This document shows positions 1 to 9,292 of a DNA stretch of 64,000 bases, in pieces (the stretch's first letter is position 1; each line of letters begins with the position of its first letter). The notes beneath the pieces are model-generated. The model did not search any database, was not told the origin of the DNA, and worked only from the letters and a program-made list of their open reading frames with translations. The position numbers and the translations under genes were made by a program. The DNA comes from Patescibacteria group bacterium (lineage in GTDB: Bacteria; Patescibacteriota; Patescibacteriia; UBA1558; GWA2-36-10), in the NCBI GenBank assembly GCA_041662585.1, contig JBAZSG010000005.1, forward strand, positions 68,181 through 132,180, written 5' to 3'.

Positions 1-930
1 AACCCAACTTCTCCGGTGATAGTTGGTTCAGTTGATACACCTAATTATGCTATAGACGTTGTTGTTTCTGATAACTATGCTTATGTGGCAGACATAAGTT
101 CTGGTCTTCAGATCATCGATGTCAGCAATCCAACTTCGCCAACAATAGTTGGTTCAGTTGATACACCGAATAGGGCTTATGAGGTTATTTTAATGAATAA
201 TCTTGTATTGCTAGCTGATCGGTATTCTGGTCTTCAGATCATCGATGTCAGCAATCCAACTTCGCCAACAATAGTTGGTTCAGTTGATACACCACATGAC
301 GCAATGGATCTAGGTGTATTCGGCGATTACGTATGTGTTGCTGATAACAATGCTGGATTAGTAGTCATTTCGTTTGATTGTGCGTTGTATCTGAAAGCGG
401 GCTTTGTTAGTGATGTTATTTCGGGCTCGGTTCCTTTGACAGTTCAGTTTACTGACCAGTCAGTAGGTAATTTCACATCTTGGTTCTGGGATTTTGGTGA
501 TGGTACTACGTCAACTCAGCAAAATCCAAAACACACATATATAGGAGGCGGAAATTGTAACGTTAGTCTGACTGTCAGCGATGGCAATATTACTAACACC
601 AAGACAATTGAAAACTTCATTACAGTCAGAATCAAGAACTTCAAAGACGATCCCAAAATAGAACTAGCTGAAAACTATCCCAACCCTTTTAATCCTAGTA
701 CTACTATTAGTTATTCGTTGCCAACATCGCAACATGTTAGCCTGGTGGTTTATAATATACTAGGTCAAACAGTAACTACTTTAGTAGATGGTATGAAGGA
801 AGCGGGTGAGCATTCAGTAATTTGGGATGGTCGTAATGATCATGGTAGCCCAGTTTCTTCGGGGATGTATTTTTACCGATTAACTACTACCGAGAATTCA
901 ATTGTCCGTAAAATGATCTTACTCAAGTGA
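1..930 (+). CDS. Surface protein, 5'-partial: LVIVD-type repeats, PKD-like domain and T9SS-type C-terminal sorting domain
   Basis: The reading frame is open from base 1; the track's start at 16 is a GTG inside a repeat. Two near-identical ~41-aa repeats (NPTSPTIVGSVDTP..YAYVADISSGLQIIDVS) match the LVIVD beta-propeller pattern. WDFGDGTTS..NPKHTY is PKD-like. The C-terminal ~80 aa (NYPNPFNPSTTISYSLP..GMYFYRL) resembles the Por/T9SS C-terminal sorting domain. Confidence 0.7.
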   Translation, partial: NPTSPVIVGSVDTPNYAIDVVVSDNYAYVADISSGLQIIDVSNPTSPTIVGSVDTPNRAYEVILMNNLVLLADRYSGLQIIDVSNPTSPTIVGSVDTPHDAMDLGVFGDYVCVADNNAGLVVISFDCALYLKAGFVSDVISGSVPLTVQFTDQSVGNFTSWFWDFGDGTTSTQQNPKHTYIGGGNCNVSLTVSDGNITNTKTIENFITVRIKNFKDDPKIELAENYPNPFNPSTTISYSLPTSQHVSLVVYNILGQTVTTLVDGMKEAGEHSVIWDGRNDHGSPVSSGMYFYRLTTTENSIVRKMILLK

Positions 931-963
931 GATTAAATTCCTTTCTATTTATTGTTTAATTAA

Positions 964-995
964 CCCCATCTAGTTGATCTAGGTGGGGTTATTTT
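964..995 (+). terminator. Rho-independent terminator
   Basis: 10-bp stem CCCCATCTAG / CTAGGTGGGG with one G-U pair, a 5-nt loop, then TTATTTT. Confidence 0.6.
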
Positions 996-1060
996 ATTGA
1001 CAAAAGTAGTTAAAATGATTATATTAATTATAGACGGCGTTTAATTTTTGACGGCTAACT

Positions 1061-2446
1061 ATGGATTTATCTGCTTTAATTCTATTTTGTGTATATTTGG
1101 TAAATATTATTTTACTAATTTTTATACTTTTTTATAAAAATAGGCCAAGATCATGGCCTTTTTTTTGGATGTTGTTTTTGATTGTCATTTGGCAAAGTAC
1201 AGAATTATTGAATATTATATGGTTTGTTGATTTAGAGGAGCCTATATTATTATTTAGTGTACAAGCTGGAATTTTACCAACTCTATATTTAGCTCCAGCC
1301 TTTGTCAGGCTAGCCTACTCTTTATTTGGTAAATGGAAAAATGTCTCCAATTTCAAAAAATTTTTATGGTGGCTACCTTCTATAATCATGTCATTTTTTG
1401 TTTTTACGCCATACAATTTAAAAGATTTGATGGTGATTAATAGTAGATTTTATTATGTAACTGGTCCTTTGTATTACTTTTTTGCTGTTTATTTTGTCTC
1501 TGCTTTAGCTTATGGGCTATATTTTTTGGCCAAAAATAGAAAAATGTCTGGACCAATTGTTCGTCGTCAAGTTGCATATATTTTTGCGGCTGTTGCCATT
1601 GCGGCTGTCGCTGGATTGATATTTAATATAATTTTCCCGATACTGGGAATGTATGATTTATATTATTTAGGAGTAAACAGCACCATATTTTTTACTGTGA
1701 TTATGACTTACGCCTTGTTTAGATATCGGTTTTTCAATTTAAAAATGTTTGGCTACCAAATTTTTATGAATTTTTTTAAGTTGTTGGTTACAGTTTTTAT
1801 ATACTATATTTTATATCTATTATTCCATAGTGTAGTCATGATTGATTTTAGTATTTTTCAAAACATAGTATTTTTCTTGATGGTGATTGGCCTCACAGCT
1901 CCTTTTGTATTCAATATAGTCAGTCGTTTGTCACTGGCGTTATTTTTGAGCCCAAACAATGATATTAAAGTAGCGATTGATAGGATAGTTGATATTTTAA
2001 GATCTAGCCGTGATTTGGATGTCTTGTTATCCAGATTATCCAAGGAGATTGATCGAGTGGTAGATTTTAAGGAAATGTTTGTTTACTTTTCCAAGAAAAA
2101 AGACTTAGATGTTTTTTATCAGATTTTTCCAGTAGGTGAGAGGTTGTTGAATAAAGCTGATAGTAATTTGATAGATTATTTATCTAGAAAAAAGCAAATA
2201 GCCAATTTAGCAGAGATAGATTATTTTTTTGCTGATAAAGGCTTGATTGAAGAGATGAAAGAAATGCGAGTGGATGTAGCTTTACCGATTTTTTACAATA
2301 AGCAGCTTTTGGGAATTTTGTTGCTAGACAACGACGGTAAGCTTTTATCCATACAAGAACTGCAATTTTTGGGAGAATTGAATAAATATTTGGATATTGC
2401 CGTTGGTTCGTTATTGCTTTATCAACAGGACTTATCAAATAAATAA
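1061..2446 (+). CDS. Membrane protein with an N-terminal multi-TM domain of the histidine-kinase 7TM type and a C-terminal cytoplasmic GAF-like domain; no kinase domain
   Basis: 461 aa. About seven hydrophobic helices, then a soluble ~180-aa tail. The N-terminal architecture resembles the 7TM region of the kinase at 9293. Confidence 0.6.
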   Translation: MDLSALILFCVYLVNIILLIFILFYKNRPRSWPFFWMLFLIVIWQSTELLNIIWFVDLEEPILLFSVQAGILPTLYLAPAFVRLAYSLFGKWKNVSNFKKFLWWLPSIIMSFFVFTPYNLKDLMVINSRFYYVTGPLYYFFAVYFVSALAYGLYFLAKNRKMSGPIVRRQVAYIFAAVAIAAVAGLIFNIIFPILGMYDLYYLGVNSTIFFTVIMTYALFRYRFFNLKMFGYQIFMNFFKLLVTVFIYYILYLLFHSVVMIDFSIFQNIVFFLMVIGLTAPFVFNIVSRLSLALFLSPNNDIKVAIDRIVDILRSSRDLDVLLSRLSKEIDRVVDFKEMFVYFSKKKDLDVFYQIFPVGERLLNKADSNLIDYLSRKKQIANLAEIDYFFADKGLIEEMKEMRVDVALPIFYNKQLLGILLLDNDGKLLSIQELQFLGELNKYLDIAVGSLLLYQQDLSNK

Positions 2447-2459
2447 TTAAAACATAGTT

Positions 2460-3140
2460 ATGAGTATTCAAAACCTTACTTTATTAATCGCAGGAATTAT
2501 AAATTTAATAATGAGCGTTTTAGTTTTTGCCAGAGGCATAAAACATAACAAAGTTAATTTTTATTTTTCATTACTTACTTTTTTTAACTTTTTGTGGGCG
2601 ATAAGTTTATTCATTTTTAGTATTCATTATAGTTATAATGTTGATTTATTTTTTGCATCATTTATAAATGTGGGAGCTATATTTCTTGTGTGGGCTTTGT
2701 TTTATTTTTCTATTTATTTTCCATATCAAATTTTTAAATTATCAAAAGTAATATTTATCTCTACTAATTTTTTAGTAGTTATCTTTAGTATATTCTTAAT
2801 AGTATATTATAAAATTTTTATTACAGAACTACTTCCTAACGACATTATTCATTATAGTTTTATTCCATATTTATTATTGACTATAATTATAATATTTTTT
2901 ATGTTAGCTTCTATTATTATATTATCTATTAAATATAATAGGGCAGAAGGTATATTCAAAAATCAAATCGCTTTAATTTTAATTACGGTTATTATTGGTG
3001 GTGTTGTTGGTGGATTTTTTGATTTATTTTTGATGTATTTTGATAATTTTAAATATTATCATCTAGGACCGTTAGCAGCTTTGCTTATTAATTTGGTGGC
3101 TTTTTATTTAATTTTTTTAAAAGGTAAACAATTATCATAA
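2460..3140 (+). CDS. Standalone 7TM membrane protein, paralog of the histidine-kinase N-terminal 7TM domain
   Basis: 226 aa. N-terminus MSIQNLTLLIAGIINLIMSVLVFARG.. is near-identical to the next gene and similar to the N-terminus of the 9293 kinase (MDIINLVIAIVLLSNALLGFFIY). Confidence 0.65.
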   Translation: MSIQNLTLLIAGIINLIMSVLVFARGIKHNKVNFYFSLLTFFNFLWAISLFIFSIHYSYNVDLFFASFINVGAIFLVWALFYFSIYFPYQIFKLSKVIFISTNFLVVIFSIFLIVYYKIFITELLPNDIIHYSFIPYLLLTIIIIFFMLASIIILSIKYNRAEGIFKNQIALILITVIIGGVVGGFFDLFLMYFDNFKYYHLGPLAALLINLVAFYLIFLKGKQLS

Positions 3141-3145
3141 AATAT

Positions 3146-3829
3146 ATGAGCATTCAAAATCTTACTTTAATAGTTGCTGGGGCTATCAATCTGATAATGA
3201 GCATTCTGGTTTTTTCCAGAGGTGTCAGACACAGCAAAATCAATCTTTATTTTAGTTTTTTAACTTTTTTTAATTTTTTGTGGGCGATTGGTTTATGGTT
3301 ATCTAGATCATTTACAGATTTAGATTTAACATCTATTTTTGCTAGAAGTACATATGTATCAGCCATAGCTATTGTTATTTCTCTTTTATATTTTGTAGTG
3401 CACTTCCCTAATAAAATAAAAGTATTATCAATTAAATTAAAATTTATCGTTTGGTTACCAGCAATTTTTTTAGTATTTATAATATATTCAAAATTATTTA
3501 TTACGCATTTTGTTAATAGCTATAGTGAATATGAATATATAAGTTATTTTTATAAACCATTTTATTGGGTCTATTTTGTTTATTTTATTTCAATTGCTTT
3601 ATTATCTCTTTATTTTTTGTGGCAAAAATATAAAGTAGTTGAAGGATTATTTAAAAAACAGGTGAAATTTTTATTTTTAGCTATTTTAGTAGCTTTTATT
3701 TTTGGAGTTCATTTTGATTTATTTTTATTATATTTTGGTGATTTTAGATTTAATTGGCTTGGACCAATATTCACAGTATTTATTAATGCTTGTGTTTTTT
3801 ATTTCATATTTCCTAAACAAGAAAAGTAA
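3146..3829 (+). CDS. Standalone 7TM membrane protein, tandem paralog of 2460..3140
   Basis: 227 aa. MSIQNLTLIVAGAINLIMSILVFSRG.. and shared FSLLTFFNFLWAI motif. Confidence 0.65.
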   Translation: MSIQNLTLIVAGAINLIMSILVFSRGVRHSKINLYFSFLTFFNFLWAIGLWLSRSFTDLDLTSIFARSTYVSAIAIVISLLYFVVHFPNKIKVLSIKLKFIVWLPAIFLVFIIYSKLFITHFVNSYSEYEYISYFYKPFYWVYFVYFISIALLSLYFLWQKYKVVEGLFKKQVKFLFLAILVAFIFGVHFDLFLLYFGDFRFNWLGPIFTVFINACVFYFIFPKQEK

Positions 3830-3832
3830 TTT

Positions 3833-4816
3833 ATGCCTAAAAATAATAAAAAAATATTTTTGTTTTTAGCCGGAGGTACTTGTATTTTTACAGAAGCTGG
3901 GCATATTTTTTCTGTAAAATCTCAAGATGATATTGAAGATTGGCTGGCTCAGATGCCGGAGTTGAATATTTTGGCTGATATTGAGCCAGTGTTTATCAGT
4001 GGTGAAGACGATTTGATTGGTCCAAATATTTGGCAGACAATAGCCAAGGAGATTATCAAAAGATCTGAAGAAGCCGATGGTTTTGTAATAGTGTCCAAGA
4101 TAGATCAGTTGATAAATACTTCTTTGGCACTGACTTTTGCTTTACAAAATTTGAAAAAAACCATAATTACCACCACCTCCAGAATCAGTGGCAGTAATTT
4201 TATTGATAAAAAAGAAGTTATCAGTAACCTCAAAAATAAATATGGCGGACTTAGTCTCAGATCCAATCTTATCAATGCTATTCAAGTGGCTCAGCAACCA
4301 TTGCCTGCTCCAGCTATTATGTTTGGTACGCGGTTGATAGCAGCTACTAGAGCCATTTTTGATCCACTAGGAGATGTCAATGTTTTTTCCAGTATCAGTG
4401 ATTGTTGGGGTAAGGTTGATTTTGGTATTAATGTCAAATCAAACTTGAAATATAATCAACAAAAAGCCAAAATTTATTCAGACAAATTGGCTGATATTTT
4501 GGTTTTTGATGATATACCAGGCGTACCGTGGTCTTTTGACAGACGAGCACTCACTGCTTATCGTGGTATATTTATCAAAGTAGATTCTTATCAAAAATTG
4601 GGAAAAAACAAGCAAGAGCAAATTATCAAGTGGAAAATGCCAATAGTCTTATATAATTATCACCTGACATCAACTAGTAAGGGAGCAATCAGTGTGTCAA
4701 ATTGTACATTCAATACAGCTCTCATCAAAACAATGTGGGCCTTGAGCAATGAATTCAATAAAAAGGATTTTGAAAATATAATGACCCAAAATATTATTGA
4801 AGAATTTTTAAATTAA
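3833..4816 (+). CDS. Asparaginase/glutaminase-fold protein, probably catalytically degenerate
   Basis: N-terminus IFLFLAGGTCIF aligns to the asparaginase hhxTGGTIA motif. DGFVIVSKIDQLINTSLALTFAL aligns to the GVVITHGTDTLEETAYFL region, but the HGTDT threonine is replaced (SKIDQ). Confidence 0.45.
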   Translation: MPKNNKKIFLFLAGGTCIFTEAGHIFSVKSQDDIEDWLAQMPELNILADIEPVFISGEDDLIGPNIWQTIAKEIIKRSEEADGFVIVSKIDQLINTSLALTFALQNLKKTIITTTSRISGSNFIDKKEVISNLKNKYGGLSLRSNLINAIQVAQQPLPAPAIMFGTRLIAATRAIFDPLGDVNVFSSISDCWGKVDFGINVKSNLKYNQQKAKIYSDKLADILVFDDIPGVPWSFDRRALTAYRGIFIKVDSYQKLGKNKQEQIIKWKMPIVLYNYHLTSTSKGAISVSNCTFNTALIKTMWALSNEFNKKDFENIMTQNIIEEFLN

Positions 4817-4820
4817 TAAC

Positions 4821-5393
4821 ATGAAAATATATTTTTATAGTAATCAATATTTAAATAATCCAGATGCTAAGGATGCAATGCTTTGTTTTAAAAAAGCTGG
4901 AGCTGATGTATTAAATAATCTAAGTCCAAATGTAGACGGCGGTGTAGCTGGAGGATCTTTGGACAGAGTAGATGCTTTTGTTTTTCAAGGAGACAAGTTG
5001 GATACCAAAGCTAGTTATTTAATTGCTTTAGTTTTGGCTCAAAATAAAGAAGTTTTGTGTCTTTTACCAAAGGGGGCCAAATTGGATACTTCTTTGAAAG
5101 ATTTGGAAGCAGATAGTAAATTGGCCAAAAAAATACATATTGAGCTATATAGCAAAGATGATTTAAAAGAAAAGATTTTGTCTTTTTTAAAAATTATTGA
5201 TAATGGCAGTATTCGTAATCTTTTTAACATAAAATATACTTTGCGTATTTCAGGAAAAATAGCTGATTATCTAAATTGGAAAGCAAATAAAGAAAATATT
5301 AAAAAAGCAGATTGGATAAGAGATCAAATTCAGTGTATTGTGCAAGATGATAAAGAGTATCAAGAGTTTTTGAATAATAAATTTAATGGTTAA
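4821..5393 (+). CDS. Hypothetical protein
   Basis: 190-aa ORF tightly coupled to the upstream gene. No confident family; the N-terminal half may have a Rossmann-like nucleoside 2-deoxyribosyltransferase-like fold but lacks its catalytic Glu. Confidence 0.5.
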   Translation: MKIYFYSNQYLNNPDAKDAMLCFKKAGADVLNNLSPNVDGGVAGGSLDRVDAFVFQGDKLDTKASYLIALVLAQNKEVLCLLPKGAKLDTSLKDLEADSKLAKKIHIELYSKDDLKEKILSFLKIIDNGSIRNLFNIKYTLRISGKIADYLNWKANKENIKKADWIRDQIQCIVQDDKEYQEFLNNKFNG

Positions 5394-5425
5394 GGTTCAA
5401 TATTTGTGGTAAAATTATTATAAAT

Positions 5426-7132
5426 ATGACTATTGCCAAAAGATACAAAAGTATTGCTGAAAAATTTGGAGCCAACATCGCTTTGGCTTATCTTGTTGAC
5501 GGTCAATATAAAACCATCAGCTATAATGATTTAGATATTTATCGTGAGCGTTTGGCTGATATTTGGCATAAGCTTGGTTTCAAAAAAGGAGAAACACTAG
5601 CTATAATGTTGCCCAATGCTCCAGAGTGGATTATTAGCGATTTGGCGGCTGCTACTTTAGGATTAATTGTTGTGCCATTACACACTACCTACAATGGAGA
5701 ATATCTCAAAAAGATGATCAAACATTCTGGTAGTAAATATTTGGTAATTCATCAGGAATTTTTGGAAAAGCACAAAGCAGTCATTGATAGTTTGAACTTG
5801 GATAAGATTTTTATAGTCAATGGTCAAAAAGATTTTGTAGAAAAAAATATTTCTCTTTGGCCAGACTTGGACGAGGCTAGATCGCTGTCACCAATTGATA
5901 CAATAGTATCTTCTGATGACATTCATACTATTATCTATACTTCTGGCACTACTGGCGATCCCAAGGGAGTGATGCTGACTCACAAAAATTTTATTGTAGA
6001 TGTGGAATCAGCCAAGCGTAGTGTGGCAATCTATGCTAGCGACAGATTTTTTTCTTTTTTGCCCTTGTCACATATTTTTGAAAGAACCGCTGGTTACTAT
6101 ACACCACTTTTTACTGGTGCCAGCGTGTATTTTGCCCAGAGTAGTAAAACTATTATTGATGATATAAAAAAAGCTCAACCCACCATATTAAATAGCGTGC
6201 CACGCATTTTTGAAAAAGTCCACGACAAGGTTTTTGATAAAATACAAAATGGTGGACATTTAAAAAGAAAGTTATTTTTTGAGGCTGTACAAATGTCAGT
6301 GGACAAAAGAAAAGGCAATTTGAATTTTTTCAGGCATATTATTTGGAAAATTTTGGATTTGTTGGTATTAAAAAAAGTCAGGGGTGTGCTAGGTGGTAAA
6401 TTGCGTTTGGCTATTTCTGGTGGTGCATCATTGGATTTGAAGATAATAAAGTTTTTTGATAATTTGGGAATAAAAATTATTGAAGGTTATGGTATGACCG
6501 AGACTTCACCGATTATCGCTCTTAATAAAGTTGAAAATTCTAGACCCGGCACAGTCGGGCAGGCTATTGATTGCAATGAAGTTATGATTGGTGACAATAA
6601 AGAAATACTGCTAAGAGGGGCCAATGTCATGGCTGGTTATTATCAAGCTGAAGATTTGACTAGTGAGATTATAGATAAAGACGGTTGGCTACATACTGGT
6701 GATTTGGGTTTTATAGACAAAGATGGATTTATATCTATTATTGGTCGTTCCAAAGATGTGATAGTTTTGTCAACCGGCAAAAATATTTTTCCAGAAAGTA
6801 TAGAAAATGTTTTAAATGAAAGTCGCTACATTATTCAAAGTATGATCTATGGTGATAAACAAAAGCATATTTCAGCTTTTATAGTGCCAGATTTTGAACA
6901 ATTAAAACAATGGTGTGTTGAGCAGGGGATAAAATTTGATCTTAAAGATGAAAAAATTATAAAGTTTTATGAGGAAAAAATAAATGAAAGATTGAAAGAA
7001 AGCGCTAAAATAGAACAAATCAATTATTTTAAATTAATTCCCGAAGAATTTACTCAAGAAAATGGATTGCTGACACCAACTCTTAAACTTAGAAGGTATA
7101 AAATATTAGAAAAGTATGTTAATTATATTTAA
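5426..7132 (+). CDS. Long-chain fatty acid--CoA ligase (AMP-dependent synthetase)
   Basis: AMP-binding signature IIYTSGTTGDPKGVMLTHKN. Length and GYGMTETS / TGDLG motifs are typical of FadD-type ligases. Confidence 0.85.
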   Translation: MTIAKRYKSIAEKFGANIALAYLVDGQYKTISYNDLDIYRERLADIWHKLGFKKGETLAIMLPNAPEWIISDLAAATLGLIVVPLHTTYNGEYLKKMIKHSGSKYLVIHQEFLEKHKAVIDSLNLDKIFIVNGQKDFVEKNISLWPDLDEARSLSPIDTIVSSDDIHTIIYTSGTTGDPKGVMLTHKNFIVDVESAKRSVAIYASDRFFSFLPLSHIFERTAGYYTPLFTGASVYFAQSSKTIIDDIKKAQPTILNSVPRIFEKVHDKVFDKIQNGGHLKRKLFFEAVQMSVDKRKGNLNFFRHIIWKILDLLVLKKVRGVLGGKLRLAISGGASLDLKIIKFFDNLGIKIIEGYGMTETSPIIALNKVENSRPGTVGQAIDCNEVMIGDNKEILLRGANVMAGYYQAEDLTSEIIDKDGWLHTGDLGFIDKDGFISIIGRSKDVIVLSTGKNIFPESIENVLNESRYIIQSMIYGDKQKHISAFIVPDFEQLKQWCVEQGIKFDLKDEKIIKFYEEKINERLKESAKIEQINYFKLIPEEFTQENGLLTPTLKLRRYKILEKYVNYI

Positions 7133-7186
7133 ATAGTTATTTTATGAATTTTATGGTAATATAAATTTATAATTTATAGTTAATAT

Positions 7187-7267
7187 ATGTCTTATCAAAA
7201 TATTATTTTATTAATTATTGGTATTTTGAATATAGACATAGCCACACATAATATTTTATTGGCGTAA
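7187..7267 (+). pseudogene. Relic N-terminal fragment of a 7TM-family gene
   Basis: 26-codon ORF MSYQNIILLIIGILNIDIATHNILLA matches the N-terminus of the 7TM paralogs (MSIQNLTLLIAGIINLIMSVLVF) and then stops. Confidence 0.45.
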
Positions 7268-7342
7268 TCGAGAAAATTTAGCTAATTTTTATTATAGTAT
7301 GATGGTTTTTATTCAAGAAATAACATAATATAGTTTAATTTT

Positions 7343-8191
7343 ATGCAAATAAATTTACCAAACATTGATCCAATTATCGTTTCTAGAGAAATACAAAATT
7401 TTATTATTCAACAGATTTTATCAGCAGGGAAGTCTGGTGGAGTGATTGGTTTAAGTGGTGGTATAGACTCCACTACTGTTGCTTATTTAGCAAAACAGGC
7501 TTTTGATAGTTATAATCAAAAACACAATAAAATAAAATTAAATTTATTTGGATTAATCATGCCATCTAAATCAAATAGTATAGAAGATGCAAAAGATGGA
7601 ATTAGAATAGCTAAAAATCTTGGAATTGATTATAGAGAAATAGCTATTGAATCTCTAGTAAGTAGTTTTACTAAGTTAATCCCAGATATTATTAGGGATG
7701 ATTATGATAAGGGTAATCTTCGTAGTGAAAGTAGGGCTATTATATTATCTAGAGTGGCCGCTGCAAAAAATAGTTTAATTTTAGGTACTGGTAATAGGGA
7801 TGAGGATTATTGTTTGGGTTATTTTACTAAGAGAGGCGATGGGCAAGTTGATATTAGTCCTATAGGGGATATTTCTAAAAGACATGTTAAAGAATTAGCT
7901 TCTTATTTAGGTGTACCAAAAGAATTAGTTGAACGCACTCCAACCGCTGGATTATGGCCAGGCCAAACTGATGAAAAAGAGTTGGGATTTAGTTATTTAG
8001 AAGCAGAAACGGTTATTGAGGGTAGGGATCAAGGTTTGAGTAGACAAGACATACAGAATATTACTAATTTTGGTTATGTGAGAAAAAAGAAGGAGGAAAA
8101 AATTTTTATTGTAGATAAAATATTAAACATGCATGAAATTAATAAATATAAATTACAAATGCCACCAGTGCCAAAGGTGACTAAATATTGA
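7343..8191 (+). CDS. nadE: NH3-dependent NAD+ synthetase
   Basis: PP-loop GLSGGIDSTTVAYLA; length 282 aa. Confidence 0.9.
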   Translation: MQINLPNIDPIIVSREIQNFIIQQILSAGKSGGVIGLSGGIDSTTVAYLAKQAFDSYNQKHNKIKLNLFGLIMPSKSNSIEDAKDGIRIAKNLGIDYREIAIESLVSSFTKLIPDIIRDDYDKGNLRSESRAIILSRVAAAKNSLILGTGNRDEDYCLGYFTKRGDGQVDISPIGDISKRHVKELASYLGVPKELVERTPTAGLWPGQTDEKELGFSYLEAETVIEGRDQGLSRQDIQNITNFGYVRKKKEEKIFIVDKILNMHEINKYKLQMPPVPKVTKY

Positions 8192-8192
8192 C

Positions 8193-9290
8193 ATGATTAT
8201 AGACCTTATCATTGGTTTACTACCAAAAAATATAGCCATTAAGTTATCCCAATTTTTTTTCGGAAAATTAGATTATTGTTTTTTAATACATTCAAGATAT
8301 TATTCTGATTTATATAGGAAATTTCCTTATTTTAAAATACTACCCAACTTTATTTTAAGAAGTATTGGCAGATATATGTGGCCATTAAGAGTTGGTTATA
8401 TTTATGGTTTAGATTTTAATAATAAAAAGAAAAATGGATTGTTTATTGGTTCACCTATGGATGCTAAAGATATGCTAGATAATAGAGATTTAGCAAAAAC
8501 CAAAATACTCAAAGCAGCAAATTTCGCAGAAAAATTAGGAGTTAAATATATTGGTTTAGGGGCGCTAAGTGCTTCTTTGACGAGGAACGGATTAGATGTA
8601 AAAGAGAAAATAAATTGTTTTGTAACAACAGGGCATTCTTTAACTGCCTGGGTTGTGTCTGACAATGCAATAAGAATTAAAAAAATTTTGAATAGAGATT
8701 TAACAATAGCTATAGTAGGAGCAGGAGGATCAATAGGATCTGCTTGTTATTATATTTTAAAGAGGCACTTCAAAAAAATAATTTTAATAGAAAAAAATTT
8801 AGAGAGGCTAAGAGAGAGAGTAAATTTGTCAGATCAAAACATTAAGAAGTATAGTCAAAATTTAGAAGATATTAAATTAGCAGATATTATAATTACAGCA
8901 ACTAACGCTCCTTATTCTATTATAGATAATATAAATCAATTAAAAAAAGGGACAATACTTATAGATGACGCCCAGCCAATTAATGTTTCTAGAAAAGTAA
9001 ATTCTCAAGAGTATAAAACTCTGGTTATTGAGGGTGGAGTTTGTAATTTAAACGGTATCAATTATAAACTAAATTTAGATTTATTGGATACAGGGGACAT
9101 GTTTAGTTGTATGGGCGAATTATTAGTATTAACTGCTTTAGATAGTAATGATGTCACTGTTGGATTTACAAATGAGAAAAGAGTTTTAGAAATATCAAAG
9201 ATGGCAGAACTTGTTGGTATTCATAGTGCTAGATTTAGATCTTTTGGTAAATTAGTAACAGATGATTATATAAAATATATTTTATCATAA
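8193..9290 (+). CDS. Acyl-ACP reductase (AAR)-family NAD(P)-dependent oxidoreductase
   Basis: Aligns along its length to cyanobacterial acyl-ACP reductase: TTGHSLTAWVV vs TTGNTHTAYVI; IAIVGAGGSIGSACYYIL vs VAVVGATGDIGSAVCRWL; LIDDAQP vs LIDGGYP; MFSCMGE vs MFACFAE with the catalytic Cys position conserved. Confidence 0.65.
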   Translation: MIIDLIIGLLPKNIAIKLSQFFFGKLDYCFLIHSRYYSDLYRKFPYFKILPNFILRSIGRYMWPLRVGYIYGLDFNNKKKNGLFIGSPMDAKDMLDNRDLAKTKILKAANFAEKLGVKYIGLGALSASLTRNGLDVKEKINCFVTTGHSLTAWVVSDNAIRIKKILNRDLTIAIVGAGGSIGSACYYILKRHFKKIILIEKNLERLRERVNLSDQNIKKYSQNLEDIKLADIIITATNAPYSIIDNINQLKKGTILIDDAQPINVSRKVNSQEYKTLVIEGGVCNLNGINYKLNLDLLDTGDMFSCMGELLVLTALDSNDVTVGFTNEKRVLEISKMAELVGIHSARFRSFGKLVTDDYIKYILS

Positions 9291-9292
9291 AT

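Noticed and set aside
1858-2471. Antisense ORFs 1858..2043(-) and 2184..2471(-), and similar short opposite-strand ORFs throughout the track (e.g. 5039..5230, 8402..8665, 11665..11892, 13610..13798, 14458..14661, 16467..16679, 19299..19598, 22254..22508, 22542..22826, 30023..30307, 41259..41699, 49628..50020, 54279..54497, 58100..58333, 59689..59934, 61160..61495).
   Set aside because: Each is embedded opposite a well-supported conserved gene, lacks initiation signals, and is the size expected from chance in AT-rich DNA.
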